Shown: positions 37,835 through 52,675 of the stretch, one piece after another
Position numbering within the stretch: the first letter of the stretch is position 1
Layout of the letters: each line of letters starts with the position of its first letter
NCBI GenBank assembly: GCA_951406725.2
Contig: OX597820.1
Location: 122,016,001-122,080,000, forward strand
Source: Octopus vulgaris
Taxonomy: Eukaryota
Length of the DNA stretch: 64,000 bases
Direction: 5' to 3'
Translations under genes and position numbers: made by a program
The notes under the pieces: generated by a model
Databases searched by the model: none
What the model saw: the letters and a program-made list of their open reading frames with translations, nothing else
Told to the model about the DNA's origin: nothing

Positions 37835-40082
37835 GTATGTATAGACATATATATGTATATATATATATATATACGTATGTATAGACATATATATGTATAT
37901 ATATATATATATATACGTATGTATAGACATATATATGTATATATATATATATATATATGTATAGACATATATGTATGACATATATATATATATATATACG
38001 TATGTATAGACATATATATATATATAATATATATATAGATATATATATATATATATATATATAGACATATATATGTATGTATAGACATATATATGTATAT
38101 ATATATATATACGTATGTATAGACATATATATGTATATATATATATATATGTATAGACATATATATATATATACATATATATTTATATATATAGTATATG
38201 TATATATATACATATATATTTATATATATGTATAGTATATATATATACATATGTATTTATATATATAGTATATGTATATATATATACATATGTATTTATA
38301 TATATAGTATATGTATATATATATACATATGTATTTATATATATAGTATATGTATAAATATACATATATATTTATATATATAGTATATGTATATATATAT
38401 ACATATGTATTTATATATAGTATATGTATATATATATATATATATACTTAGTATATTTATATATATACATATATATGTATATATATACACACATATATAC
38501 ATATATATGTATATATACACACATATATACATATATATGTATATATATACACATATGTATATGTATACATATATCTATGTATATATATATGTACACATAT
38601 ATATGTGTGTATATGATTGTGTATGTATATGTGTGCATGTGTATTTATGTATATATGTATGTATGTGTGTGTGTCTATATACATACACACACATATATAT
38701 ATACATATATATACATACATATATATGTATGTGTGTGTATGTGTGTATATATGTGTATGTGTATATATGTGTATATGTATTTGTGTATATGTATGTGTAT
38801 ATATGTGCGTATATGTATGTGTGCGCGTATGTATGTATATATATCTGTGTATGTATATATATGTATGTATGTATTGTATATATACGTATATATGTATATA
38901 TACGTATATATGTATATATATATATATATGTATATATATGTATGTATATATATGTATATATATATATATATGTATGTATATATATGTACGCATATATATA
39001 TATGTGTGTATATATATTTATGTATGTATATGTATGTGTATATATATGTATGTATATGTATGCATATATATATGTACGCATATATATATACGTATCTATA
39101 TGTGTACGCATATATATATACGTATCTATATGTGTACGCATATATATATACGTATCTATATGTGTACGCATATATATATATACGTATCTATATGTGTACG
39201 CATATATATATGTACACATAAATATATGTACGCATATATATATGTACACATAAATATATGTACGCATATATATATGTACCCATATATATATATATATATG
39301 TGCGTATATATATATATATATATATACACATGTATGTATGTGTATATGTATGTATGTGTATATACATATATATATTTGTATGTGTATATATATATATATA
39401 TGCATGTGTATATATATGTGTATATGTATGGGTATATATATATGTATATATGTATGGGTATATATATATGTATATATGTATGAGTATATGTATGTATGTG
39501 CATATATGTTTGCATATACATATTCGTTTGTATATATGTAAATATGTTTGTATTTATGAATTTGTTTTTATATAAACATATATTTATGTATGCGTTCTTA
39601 TATATACATATATGTGTATATATATGTTTGTATATATATACATGTGTGTATGTTTGTAAATATATGTTTGTATATATATATATGTACATGTGTGTATATA
39701 TATATATATATATATACATGTGTGTATATATATATTTGCATATATATATGTGCGTGTGTGTATATATATTTGTATATGTACGTGCGTGTGTATATATATA
39801 TGTATATGTGTGTGTGTATGTATTTGTATATATATATATATGTTTGCTTTTGTATATATTTGTTTGTAGGTATATATCTATCTATCTATATATATATATA
39901 TATATTTTCATATATGTTTGTATATATACATGTATATATTTTTGTATGTATATATATATATATATATTTTTGTATGTATATATGTATATATTTTTGTATG
40001 TATATATGTTTGTATGTATATATACATACATATATTTGTATGTATGTATATATATATATATATATATATATACGTATGTATA

Positions 40083-40127
<45 letters not shown>

Positions 40128-40490
40128 ACGTTTGTATGTATATATATTTGTTTGTGCATATATATATGTATGTATATGTTTGTATGTATATATACTTGTT
40201 TGTGTATATATATGTATGTATTTGTTTGTATATATATATAAATGTGTGTACGTATGTTTGTATGTGTATATATATATGCATATATGTTTATGTATTTATA
40301 TATATATAGGTGTGTGTGTGTGTGTGTGTGTGTATCTATATGTTTATACGTATTTCTGTATGTATATATATATAGAGAGAGAGAGAGAAATATATATAGG
40401 TGTGTGTGTGTTTGTGTGTGTTTGTGTATATCTATATGTATATACGTGTGTGTGTATATATATACATACTTACAAACGCACACAGACACA
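37010..40490. repeat. ~3.5-kb compound (TA)/(TG) microsatellite-minisatellite block
   Basis: Successive local units, e.g. tacgtatgtatagaca, a ~38-bp unit at 38180-38440 and a 30-bp unit at 39080-39200. Confidence 0.95.
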
Positions 40491-40954
40491 CACACCCACG
40501 GGACCAAGCTAAAGAGCGAAAGAGAGGGAAAGAAAGCGAGAGAGAGAGAGAGAATGATAGAGAGAGAGAGAGAGAGTGATGAAGGGAAGAGCGGAGAATG
40601 TTGTATATATTAGAGTGGAGTCGCTAGTCCAGGCCAATCCGGTCCAGTATGAATCGGAAACAGAATTCCTCCTATATTAGGTGACAGCTTTATGCTGTTG
40701 CTGCTGCTACTGCTGCAACTGCTGCTGCTGCTGCTGCTGCCGTTTGTTGCAGCTACTTTCCAAGGTGCCTACTGCAACTACTACTACTTCTATGCAGCTG
40801 CTGCTACTACTACTACTACTACTACAACTACTTTTACTGCTTCTGCGTTTGCAAGCATCATCATCATCACCAATACTGCTGCATCTTCAGCCGCTGTATT
40901 TGCTGCAATCGAAATTTGAACATAGATTTATGTATATGTGAGTGAACGTTATAT

Positions 40955-41004
<50 letters not shown>

Positions 41005-41143
41005 CATGTATATGTACATATTATATACATGTATATATACGCTCACACACACGTGTGTAGGTATATGTATGTATATCAAGAGATTCAGATACAAACATAC
41101 ATACGTGCATACACACTAAAAGACAATACTAATAGATAATATA

Positions 41144-41205
<62 letters not shown>

Positions 41206-41336
41206 TGCGTATATGTCGGATTCTCTCGTCGAAGACGACGTCTGGGCTTTGTATTTGCCGAACGACCTGCACAAATAATTTGTTTCTAGTAATCAAATGT
41301 ACCGTACATGCATGGCCGCAGTTTCACTGAAACAAG

Positions 41337-41385
<49 letters not shown>

Positions 41386-41444
41386 TCACACACACACACA
41401 CTAATGTATGTTGGATGTATTAGTAAATATATTATTAGTATTAA

Positions 41445-42075
41445 AGTCGTCGAGATGGCGGAATCGTTAGCACTTCGGATAGAATGCTTGTCAGTATTTC
41501 GTCCGTCTTTACGTTGTGGGTTCAAATTTCGCCAAGGTCGATTTTGCTTTTCATCTTTACTAAGTCGATAAAATAAGTACCAGTTGAACATTGGGGTCGA
41601 TGTAATCGACTAGTCTCCACCTTCCAAAGTACTGCACTTGTGGCAAAATTTGAAATTATTATCATTGTTATTGGAAGGTGGCGAGCTGGCAGTGTCGTTA
41701 GCACGCCGGGCGAAATGCTTAGCAGCATTTCGTTTGCTGTTACGTTCTGAGTTCAAATTCTGCCGAGGTCAACTTTGCCTTTCGTCCTTTCGGGGTCGAT
41801 TAAATAAGTACCAGCTACTCATTGGGGTCGATATAATAGACTTAATCCGTTTGTCTGTCCTTGTTTGTACCATCTGTGTTTAGCCCCTCGTGGGTAGTAA
41901 AGAAATAGGTATTACGTCTGCCGCTACGTTCTGAGTTCAAATTCCGCCGAGGTCTACTTCGCCCTTCATCCTTTCAGGCTCGATAAATTAAGTACCAGTT
42001 GTGTATTTGTGTCGATCTAATCATCTGGCCTCCGCCCTCAAATTTCGGACCTTGTGCCTATAGTAGAAAGGATTA
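41445..42075 (+). mobile_element. SINE family A: diverged monomer (41445-41655) plus dimer (41676-42075)
   Basis: Head/core motifs. Junction aaagaaatag|gtatt at ~41908. Confidence 0.88.
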
Positions 42076-42089
42076 TTATTATTATTTTT

Positions 42090-42520
42090 ATAGTCTTGAC
42101 TAGGGATTGATCTTATTCCTATGCTCTTGTTCCTAAGTAGAATTTATGTGGGTAACGGTTTTATTACCTGTAACCTAAGATATTCTCAAAATTTCAAAAA
42201 TCCCTCACGTGCTACAAATTCTTCAGATCCCCTTTCCTGTTAACTAATGGCCTACTGGATATTCTATCCTAAATCTTCTTTGTGTATTTGTCTATTCCTT
42301 CACTCACAGCACCAATTATTGCTTGTACAGTCTTTACAGATTTCACATTCGCAATCCGCGTGACCTTCAGTTTTAGGGTTTTCTACTTTTTTCAATTCTT
42401 TATCTCCTTTCTTCACAATCCTAGTATCAAAGAAGTCTGATACATCAATAATTATGCAAACTCGATTTCCTTGTCTATTACTCTAATATCTGGTTTGTTA
42501 TGCTCCATCTTCTTCATCCG
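42090..42520 (-). mobile_element. RLE-type (R4/Dong-like) LINE 3' remnant
   Basis: Minus strand MEHNKPDIRVIDKE/VCIIIDVSDFFDTRIVKK (PD..D restriction-like endonuclease motif). The 3' end abuts (TAA)n. Confidence 0.75.
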
Positions 42521-42636
42521 TTTTGTAGCCCATCTTTTACACCAAGACAAAATATTTACAAGCAAATAACACTTCCAAACTATTTAAGATCAGAAGCCAT
42601 CCATGACAGCCACTGCCTTGTTGTTGTTGTTATTAT

Positions 42637-43185
42637 CGTTCTGAGTTCGAATTCCGCCGAGGTCTACTTTGCCTTTCATCCTATCGGAGTCGATAAATTA
42701 AGTACCAGTGAAGCACTGGGGTCGATGTAATCGTCTTTTCCCTTCACCCAAATTTCAGGCTTTGTGCCTTATCATTATTATTATTATTTAGGCAGTAAGC
42801 TGGCAGAATCGTTAGCACGCCGGGCGAAATGCGTAGAGGTATTTCATCTGCCGTTACGTTCTGAGTTCAAATTCCGCCGAGGTCGACTTTGCCTTTCATC
42901 CTTTCGGGGTCGATAATTAAGTACCAGTTACATACGCACTGGGGTCGATCTAATCGACCTAATCCGTGTGTCTGCCCTTGTTTGTCCCCTCTGTGTTTAG
43001 ATCCTTGTGGGTAGTAAAGAAATAGGTATTTCTCCCGTTGTTATGTTCTCAGTTCAAGTTCTGCTCAGGTCGACTTCGCCTTTCTTCCTTTCGGAGTCGA
43101 TAAATTAAGTACCAGTTGAGTATTGAGGTCGATGTAATCCCCCTTCCCCAGAAATTTCAGATCTTGTACATATAGTAGAGAGGAA
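42637..43185 (+). mobile_element. SINE family A: 5'-truncated copy plus dimer (42790-43185)
   Basis: Same junction aaagaaatag|gtattt at ~43025. Confidence 0.88.
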
Positions 43186-44049
43186 CATTGTTGTTGTTTT
43201 AGTTGTCTGAGCTCTCGGTCTCGTTTGCTCTGGTTGATTCTGTGAGAGCAGCCTGATGTCAGAGGTCCCACAGGGGTTTTTCCAGCCCATTATAAGCTTT
43301 GATACTTTGTTGTTGTTCACGGATGGGGCGGCGGGGTCGATATAATCGAGTTGCCGAATCTCCCAAAATCTCAGACCTTAAGTAGAAAGGATTATTTCTA
43401 TCAGGCCTTAAGTAGAAAGGATTATTTCTAGCTGGCCACTTCCGGTCTGCCTACAACTTGTATTCGAGTGTTCTCCGCAAGTTTTGCTTATTCTCATTTA
43501 AAGTTTTATGCCTGTCATATATCTGTTGTAAAGCTAACCACGAACCCAGGGAGCTGCTCGTTTTTTTTTTTGTTTTTGTTGTTTCTTGGTTCTTTGGGAC
43601 AATAATTGCAACAAAAGTCAGGAATATTTTTTACTTTTGAAGCACACATTTAAGATGGTGACGTCCTTAATGAACCAGCTAAAAAGAGAAGAGAGAAACA
43701 GTTATCAAAGCATAGTCTCGAAAAACCTCAGGAGCAGAAACAACAACAACAACGACATGAGAAAGAGAACAACAACCTGCTAAACACCACCAGCAGCAGC
43801 AGCAACAACAACAACAGTAAAGCAGTGTGTGGCAACGATGAGTGCACTTCCATTGCCTCCACAGCTGCTGTTGTGAGCAGCAATAATCATCCCAGCAGAA
43901 CAAGCGAAGCAAGCCATCACTACCACTGCTACGGCTACTGTTAAGTTTAACATGGCGTCCACCACCAACACCGTTACTATTACCAAAGTGGACCACCCAA
44001 AGCTACATACAACGGGTGGAATCTTTCACAAAAGCGGCATTTATTATCA

Positions 44050-45370
44050 TACAGATTTCTATGATGGAAAAACATCAATATGCAAACCCACGGACTATTG
44101 TGAAAGTATCTACTAAGAAAGAGTTTCTTTAAAGTAATAGAACAAGTTTTGGAAGAGACAAACGGACAAAACTTTACAAATGTATCTCACTGAAATATCG
44201 GCACATGAAGATGGTCACACGCGCCTAGGTCGAAAAGTACTTGCGTTTAATATGGACGGGTATAGATTATTCTCTTAGGGCCCAACAGTCCGGCGACGTT
44301 GAAGTGAAATTTCTTAGCGAAATTCTCGCCGTAAAACATTCCTGTACCCCAGCAGGGGAGAGGCATTATCCTCTTTTCAGGTTATTTGGGAAGGCGGATG
44401 GTGCTGGTGAATATATCCACTTCAGCCGGACATCAGATGGGCTGTAGTATAAGTCGTCCTGGATGGAAGTGACACTCTCCTGGATGTTTTAAAAATATAT
44501 AGACAGCAGAACTGGCCCTGAATAGGACAGGAGGTCGTAATCAAGTGGAACTAGAACACATGGAAAAATCCTTGATCTAATGCAGTAGCGAATGGCGCAG
44601 AATTCCACGTCATGGCGGAGGGAACAAAACCCGGTGTCTCATATGTTGTGACTCTTGAAAGCTTTCTATCCACAAAAGTAAGCGAAAAATGGAGGCCTCT
44701 GCTGCTTCTGACACCACAAATATAACAACTACAATGAAAGTAAGCAAATCTACCAGTTCGAAGAACAGAAGCACCAGCGAAAACAGCAGAAGAACTTCCT
44801 ATGACAATAATCAACAGAAACAACATCGCTCCCAACAGAAGCAAGATCTCACTGCAACACCGCAAGACATACTAAACTCCTTCTACAGATCACTTAGACA
44901 TGTTCTTTAACGAGTGCGACAAAGATGAAAAATGGAAAACTGCACCAGAAAGTGAGCAAGGGAAATTGATATTTAAAAAAGAAAAAAAAAATGAGCCGTC
45001 AAAAAAAATAAAAAGCTGACAGATTTGAGAACACAAAACCATCACAAAAAGCACTGCAACAACGCAACTCTCAAACAATACCCAATAAAACACAGCTACA
45101 GACGCAGTGATACACAAACAACAAACAATTGATAAAATGCAGATATTAACACAATCATTACACAAAGCGACTCCATCAGGAAAATCGTATGGTGACACAA
45201 ATAAGAAGTCATCAAAAGAAAGTTTACACCTGTACAACCTTTTAAAATAATGATACCCGACAGAAGTCGGAAACTTCCAAAAGAATATTAACCAAACGCT
45301 ACTTAAAGAATTACCTCATGAAAGGATGATGCCATCCAAGGAAGTACTGCTTCAATACCTGATCTTTTGG
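44050..45370 (+). mobile_element. Possible degenerate LINE ORF1 (zinc-knuckle) remnant
   Basis: FHVMAEGTKP/CLIC at ~44603-44650 followed by A-rich S/T/K/Q low-complexity coding-like sequence. Weak. Confidence 0.3.
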
Positions 45371-45394
45371 GGGAATTAATTTCCTTAAAATAAT

Positions 45395-45456
<62 letters not shown>

Positions 45457-45551
45457 CCATTTAGTTATATAAAAGAAAAGGAAAATGCAGAGATTGAGAA
45501 GTTAATTGTTGAACGATTATTAACTTCCCAATCTCCATTTTATTTTTCTTG

Positions 45552-45582
<31 letters not shown>

Positions 45583-45589
45583 GCACCCT

Positions 45590-46130
45590 TTTAATCACTT
45601 GTCTGAACAAAATTCGGGTTTCGCTATTTAGAAAACATTGAATAACGGCGTTTCACATCCTGCCATTTCTTAACAAATAAGCGAATATTCAGTTCAATAT
45701 AGCAAATAGGATGTCACTCTTGTATCAAACGCTAAGAAACCGGTTCAAAGATTAGAAGAATTAAAACATATATTAGTATAAAGAGGCTCTCCACGCAAAA
45801 CGCACCTGTTCCAATTGTAGATAACGAAAAATATCTTCATTTTATATTTATATAAATTGTTGCGGAAGTTTGGAAAACTAAATTGGAGAGACTGGATTAT
45901 CACCAAGCAGAAGAATGGCAATACATGAGCAACAAATATATATAATGAGGAAAAAAATAACGGAAAATTCCATTAAGTGGACATATCGCAGCATGTTCCG
46001 GAATGGAACAGCCGTATTTTAAAATATTTCAATTCTAAAATTAATCAGATTCAACCAAAGGGTAACAACGGATAAACAAAGAAAAACAATTTTATCATAA
46101 AATATGAGAAATAATTTCAATGAATGTCGA
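45590..46130 (+). mobile_element. Penelope-like GIY-YIG endonuclease remnant
   Basis: 45855-45939 NCCGSLEN*IGETGLSPSRRMAIHEQQI (YIGETG with Y changed to stop), then RKIPLSGHIAACS. Confidence 0.7.
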
Positions 46131-46653
46131 TATGAAAAACCAGAAAACTAGCACACAATGACGGGCGTTTCACACGCGCGTACACACGAATGTACCAGTT
46201 TACAACTGGTCGGACATACATGGTATTTAATAATTGTATGTATGGGTAGGTGACTGTACACTCCTCTAAATCGAAGGTAAGTGTGTGTGTGTGTTATAGA
46301 CTACATTTAAATATATTTCTACCTTTTTTATCTCCTTTCTGTTAGATGATTACACTAAGCAGTAAATTATTTGTAGCCTGTCTTCACTAAACACTCCTTG
46401 CCTTGTCATCTGATACTCTTTCTTCATCCCACCTACAACGGTTTCAACTCTCTCTCTCCCTCTACCTCATTCACATAAATTCTCTCAGTCTCTCTTGGCC
46501 AATACCTAACAGCTTAAACTTCTCTCAGCTCTCACAGAGTAGGCCGGGTGAAATTTAATGCAGGAAAAATTGACATTTCTAAAGAAATGTCTTTGTTGTT
46601 ATTTACCTTCTGTTTTATCTAAAAGAATTACAACTGTTTTGAGCCTTTCCACG

Positions 46654-46685
<32 letters not shown>

Positions 46686-46688
<3 letters not shown>

Positions 46689-46998
46689 CGCAGGCGTGAC
46701 TGTGTGGTAAGAAGCTTTGCTTTCCATCCAAATGGTTTCTGGGTTCAGTTCCACTGCGTGGCATCTTTCGCAACTGTCTTTTACCATGTATATATTTATG
46801 TGTCTGTCTGTCGCCTCACCATCGCTTGACAACCGATGTTGGTGTGTTTATGTTTCCATAATTTATCGGTTCGGCAAAAAAGAACCGATAGAATAACTAC
46901 TAAGCTTACAAAGAATAAGTCCTGGCATCGATTTGTTCGACTAAACCCGATGCTCCAGCATGGCCGCAGTCAAATGACTGAAACAAGTAAAAGAATAA
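46686..46998 (+). mobile_element. SINE family B with internal deletion
   Basis: Head and tail motifs present. Confidence 0.88.
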
Positions 46999-47104
46999 AA
47001 TGCACACACACACATATATATATGAACACAATATACTCACACACATATATGCAGCATATATATATATACATACACACACACACACATACATATATAGGGG
47101 GGGG

Positions 47105-47470
47105 GGGGCGCAATGGCCCAGTGGTTAGGGCAGTAGACTCGCGGTTTTGATTCCCAGACCGGGCGTTGTGAGTGTTTATTGAGCGAAAACATCTAAAGCT
47201 CCACGAGGCTCCGGCAGGGATGGTGGTGATCCCTGCTGTACTCTTTCACCACAACTTTCTCTCACTCTTTCTTCCTGTTTCTGTTGTACCTGTATTTCAA
47301 AAGGCCAGCCTTGTCACTCTCTGTGTCACGCTGAATATCCCCGAGAACTACGTTAAGGGTACACATGTCAGTGGAGTGTTCAGCCACTTACACGTTAATT
47401 TCACGAGCAGGTTGTACCTTTGATTGGATCAACTGCAAACCTCGTCGTCGTAACCGACGGAGACCCACCA
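47105..47470 (+). mobile_element. SINE family C, tail type 2
   Basis: Same head as 14684. Tail ..gaactacgttaagggt..cacgttaatttcacgagcagg..gtcgtcgtaaccgacggag. Confidence 0.9.
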
Positions 47471-47679
47471 TATATATATATATATATATTATGTACGTAT
47501 TTATTTATGAATGATTGAGTGTGTGTGTTCATATTTTTTTATTACTCTGAAAATAGATTTTTTCCTCGTTAAAATTCTTTGGGCAATTTCTTTTTTTTTA
47601 CATTTAGAGATATTTTTATCATTTATAATTATTCCCCTCATTTTTGCCCTGGGGCAAATAAAATCAAATCAATAAAAGT

Positions 47680-47870
47680 AATTCTTTCTACTAAAGACAG
47701 AAGGTCTGAAATTTGGTGGGAGGGGGACTAGTCGATTGACCTACCCCAAATAAGTACCCTACTGGTACTTATTTCATCGACCTCGAAACGGCATTTGAAC
47801 TCAGAACGCAAAGATGGACGGAAACACCTGAGCATTCTATGTAGTAAACGGTTCTGCCAGCTCACCGTAT
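47680..47870 (-). mobile_element. Diverged SINE family A
   Basis: actggtacttatttcatcgac..tttgaactcagaac..ttctgccagctc. Confidence 0.75.
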
Positions 47871-48442
47871 ATATGTGGGTATGGTTATAGATAGACTGAA
47901 AGACTCTTTACATTAGCAGAGTGATTCAAAGATCAGCAAAATAGCACGCGGTATTAGTTCTGGTATTTGTCCGTGTTCAAATCGTGCCGACGTCATCTTT
48001 TTGCTTCTAATTTTCTCGGTCTCAATAAAGAAAAAATCGCTGGGAGGGGTGGGGAGATATTTCTAGCCTTGTTCTCCTCCATTAAAGAACACAAATACAT
48101 AGAGGTACAGACATGTATATATACATGAGCTAACATTCTCTCTCTCTCAAACGCACACACACACACACACACACACGAGTAAATGCTTGTGTGTGTGTGT
48201 GTGTGTGTGTGCGTTTTCTAAAAGGCTTGTGAAGACGCGCGGGTTTGACGAAGAGGAGCGAGTGGCGGGTTGTGTCCTTGAACAAAGCTTTTCTTTCCAC
48301 ATTGCTTTAGTGGCAGCTGGCGTCCCGTTCAGTTGGTCGGTGGTTGGGGCGAGGAACGGGGAGGGCTGTAACCTTCCGAAACAACCTAAGTTCTGGCCTA
48401 ATGAGGACGTCGGCTCGAGTCAAACTGACTTTCTCTCTCTCT

Positions 48443-48492
<50 letters not shown>

Positions 48493-48856
48493 AGAAGATT
48501 TGGAGATGATGTACAGGTATTTTATATTAGAAGAAACGAGGTACTCAGAAATTCGGATGGTTTTATATTTATAGATATTTATTTGTATATTACATGTTTT
48601 TATACATCATATAACTTATATCTCTCTCTTTATATACAACCCTTGTGTTGTATGTCCTGTACTCTATTTTTTCGTTGTTTAAGAAAAATGTCCATTTCCT
48701 TGGTTTTGTGTTTATGTTTTCGTTTCTCATTGTGTTCGACGTTTTTTTTTTTTTGGGGGGGGGGGGTCCTGTACCCATATATGCATGTATATATACATGT
48801 AGATGTAGGTATGTACATATATGTATGTATATATGCATGTTTTATTTATTAATTTG

Positions 48857-48907
<51 letters not shown>

Positions 48908-48909
<2 letters not shown>

Positions 48910-49140
48910 GGTGGCGAGCTGGCAGAAACGTTAGCACGCCGGGAAAAATGCGTAGCCGTATTTCGTCTACAGCTACGTTCTGAGTTCTAATTCCGCCGAG
49001 GTTGACTTTGCCTTTCCTCATTTCGGGGTCGATAAATAAAGTACCAGTTTCGCACTGGAGTCGATGTAATCGACTTAATCCCTTTGTCTGTCCTTGTTTG
49101 TCCCCTCTATGTTTAGCCCCTTGTGGGCAATAAAGAAAAA
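48908..49140 (+). mobile_element. SINE family A long-tail monomer in (TA)n
   Basis: Full head, core and tail ending taaagaaa. Confidence 0.9.
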
Positions 49141-50186
49141 TATATATATATATATAGAGAGAGAGAGGTTAGAATTTCGGGCGAAATGCCTTTCAGTGTT
49201 TCGCAACACCGTTCTCTCTGTTGCGATTTCAAATCCCGCGAAGATCAAATTTAACTTCCCTCACTCCAAACTGATGAACTAAAGCATTTCTACGAATCAC
49301 TATGAAAATATAAAACCGAACAGAAACAATTCGTGTATTTACATAGAGGCGCGCATTGAATTTCAAACGTAGAATCGCACATGTACTCACACGTGCATTG
49401 GGCTCTCAAGTGTGTATACGTGTTTGTAGGTAAAAATCTTGTTTGTGAATTATATGAATGCATTTGCGCACGTTTTGTATATTGTTTGATCGATAAATAC
49501 TCACATATTGGAATAGATAAACACACAAAACCCCCCCAACCGCAACCCCACCCTCGGCCCATGACTGTGTGTGTGTGTGTGGAAAATTGTCTTTCAATTT
49601 CCATCTATCGGAGTTTCATTTCCTCATTCCCTTACTCTTTCCAAGGCTTTGCCTGTCTGTCTGCTTGTCGGACTTTGTGACTGGCTGGTCGGCTGGTTGG
49701 TCGATTGACTGGTTGGCTGGCTGGTCGGCTGGCTCTGTCTCGTGGTAGTAGCAGTGGTTGCAGTAATGTGACGTAATATTGACTGATGCAATAGCTGGAA
49801 CTGCTGCTGAGTGGATGTGGATGTATTGAGGTGTGTGTGTGTGTGTGGATGATCAACAGACTCTGTTTTTTTTTGTAGTCATTGTAATTCTGGATGGGTG
49901 GATGGGGGGGTGCTGTTCCTCTTTAACTGAGGATACCAAACAATTATAAGACCGGACCATAACTATAGATTATGAAGCGGACATGGATGATAGCCCAGGA
50001 CAATCTGAGAGAAAACAGTGTCATTCTAAACGACTGAAAGAAAGCTAGAAAAACGGATTAGCAAACTCAGATTAACACATAACGACTAATCTTTTCATAT
50101 ATATAAATATATATATATATATAGATACATACATACACACACACATACATATATATACATATATATATATACATATATATATATAC

Positions 50187-50249
<63 letters not shown>

Positions 50250-50329
50250 TATATATACAAAGTATATTTGTAGCATTATATATTTATACATTTCGCATTA
50301 TGAATATGTATTATGCATATATATTATGC

Positions 50330-50398
<69 letters not shown>

Positions 50399-50853
50399 TG
50401 CACACATACATAATTAAAGAGGTAGTTAACTACATAAATGATTAGAAAAGTGGATGGCTAATTATAATAGATTTGTGTATGAGAGTTCAATTCTATTACT
50501 AAAGGTGGTCTGACCGAGAAGCAAATAGTTGGGTACTTTGCACACAACGCATATTATAGCGTGTGTGTATGTGTGTGTGTAGAGAGAGAGAGAGATGAGG
50601 GGACAGAGACGGTCAACGAAAGACTGACAGCGAAATAAGTTGAGATATAGAGAAAAAGTGGCGGTTGAAGAGTAAGGACTGGTGGAGTATTTGAGAGGCC
50701 GAAACTGTATTTATTATTATATAAGATGGAGAGAGGCAGATGGTGTCAGTGGTGCAGCTGTGAATGGTAGGAGGGAAATAATAGGAATAACAAGGATGGC
50801 TGATAGAGAAAAGAAATTGCATAGAAACATACGAACGGGGGGGTGTATGTATG

Positions 50854-50916
<63 letters not shown>

Positions 50917-50917
<1 letters not shown>

Positions 50918-51140
50918 GAGGCGCAATGGCCCAGTGGTTAGGGCAGCGGACTTGTGGTCGTAGGATCGCGGTTTCGATTCCCAGACCGGGCGTTGTGAGT
51001 GTTTATTGAGCAAAAACACCTAAAGCTCCACGAGGCTCTGGGTGGTGGCGATCCCTGCTGTCATATGAAGGCTAAAAAACAATGCGAAGCGCATTGTGAC
51101 CAGCGATGTGTAGCAACATCTGATAGACTGGTCGGTCACG

Positions 51141-51146
<6 letters not shown>
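50917..51146 (+). mobile_element. SINE family C, tail type 1, internal deletion
   Basis: Head joined at atccctgctg|tcat to the tail. Confidence 0.9.
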
Positions 51147-51207
<61 letters not shown>

Positions 51208-51463
51208 TACATGTGTATAATGTACATTCAATTATATAATGCTGTAATGTAATGGTCAGTGCGATGAGGTGTGAGTCCCGTTCCAGCCATGTACAAAGAT
51301 GTCGGCAAAGTTGAGTGTTGGCAATGAATGCAGCGACGTATTTAGCGTAGCCAGGCGTCGGTCAAAGTTCATGTTACAGGCGCATTGCTTATTAAAAGTT
51401 CTCTAGATTTTAATAGACGAGATTAAAGATGGGATGTTCATGAAAAGTCTTGTATGTTATTGA

Positions 51464-51861
51464 CTAGCAGTATCGCCCGGCGTTGCTCGGGTTTGTTTCG
51501 ACCCTATAGGATTGGAATTTTTGAAAAGTAAAAATTTTGCATTATGTAGCTTGTTATTCTCTCTAAGTGAACATTTTTTTGGTTGAAATACACCGAAAAA
51601 TGGCGACACAGCAGTCAAAAAATCGTAAAAAATAGGGATTTTCATAGGAAAAAAAAAAAAAGCACATTTTTGATGTAAATAATTTTTGGTGTTAACATGG
51701 TCCGATTTGATTTTTTCTTCTACGGAAGAAAGAGCAAGCCTTCTTCTATCATACTCTCAATTTTGGTTAACTTGCGCCGCAGGGTCTCGGAGGAGATAGT
51801 GATAGTTGAAGGCTACAAAACCTGCCATACACAGACAACTTCAGCTTTATATAGAGAGAGA
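51464..51861 (-). mobile_element. Non-autonomous Helitron
   Basis: Minus strand A|TCTCTCTCTATATAAAGCTG...CCCGAGCAACGCCGGGCGATACTGCTAG|T: canonical AT target, TC/CTAG ends and hairpin. Confidence 0.9.
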
Positions 51862-52254
51862 TTTAGTAAGAAAAATTTTACCAAACATGCAAATAAAATC
51901 TGGAATTGCAGGTCCTGAAGGTAAAGCTAGGGATGACCTAAGATTCAGTTATTTAAAGGCAGAATCCTTTTGCCATCAAGGAAATATCTGGAAGAGATAT
52001 GGTGAGAATAAATTCCATTTTACTTTCAGTCGTAGAATTTTGAACATGCTGGAGCATCATCTTCGAGAGCTTTGTCCCTCATATCGCTTGTTGAACCACA
52101 ACATGCACGCACACACTCTCGCTCGCACCAGCGCACGCACGCACACTTCAGGCTTTCGCACAATTTCGCTCCATCAAATTCGATTCAGAAGGAATAGGGC
52201 AGTCTCTGGCTAAATTGGAATTCATCCGATTTGTGTATGTGTATACACACAATA

Positions 52255-52257
52255 TAC

Positions 52258-52307
<50 letters not shown>

Positions 52308-52361
52308 AAGTATGTGTGTATATACATATATACACATATATATATATATACATATATACAC

Positions 52362-52394
<33 letters not shown>

Positions 52395-52615
52395 TATATA
52401 TATATACATATATACACATATATATATATATATACATATATACACACACATATATATATACATATATACACACACACACATATATATATATATATACATA
52501 TATATGCATATATATATATATACATATATATACATATATACATATAGATATACACACACACACACATATATATATATTTATATAGGTGTATATCTATATA
52601 TATATTTATATTTTA

Positions 52616-52666
<51 letters not shown>

Positions 52667-52675
52667 TTATATATT
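52255..52675. repeat. (TA)/(CA) array
   Basis: Direct reading. Confidence 0.95.
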
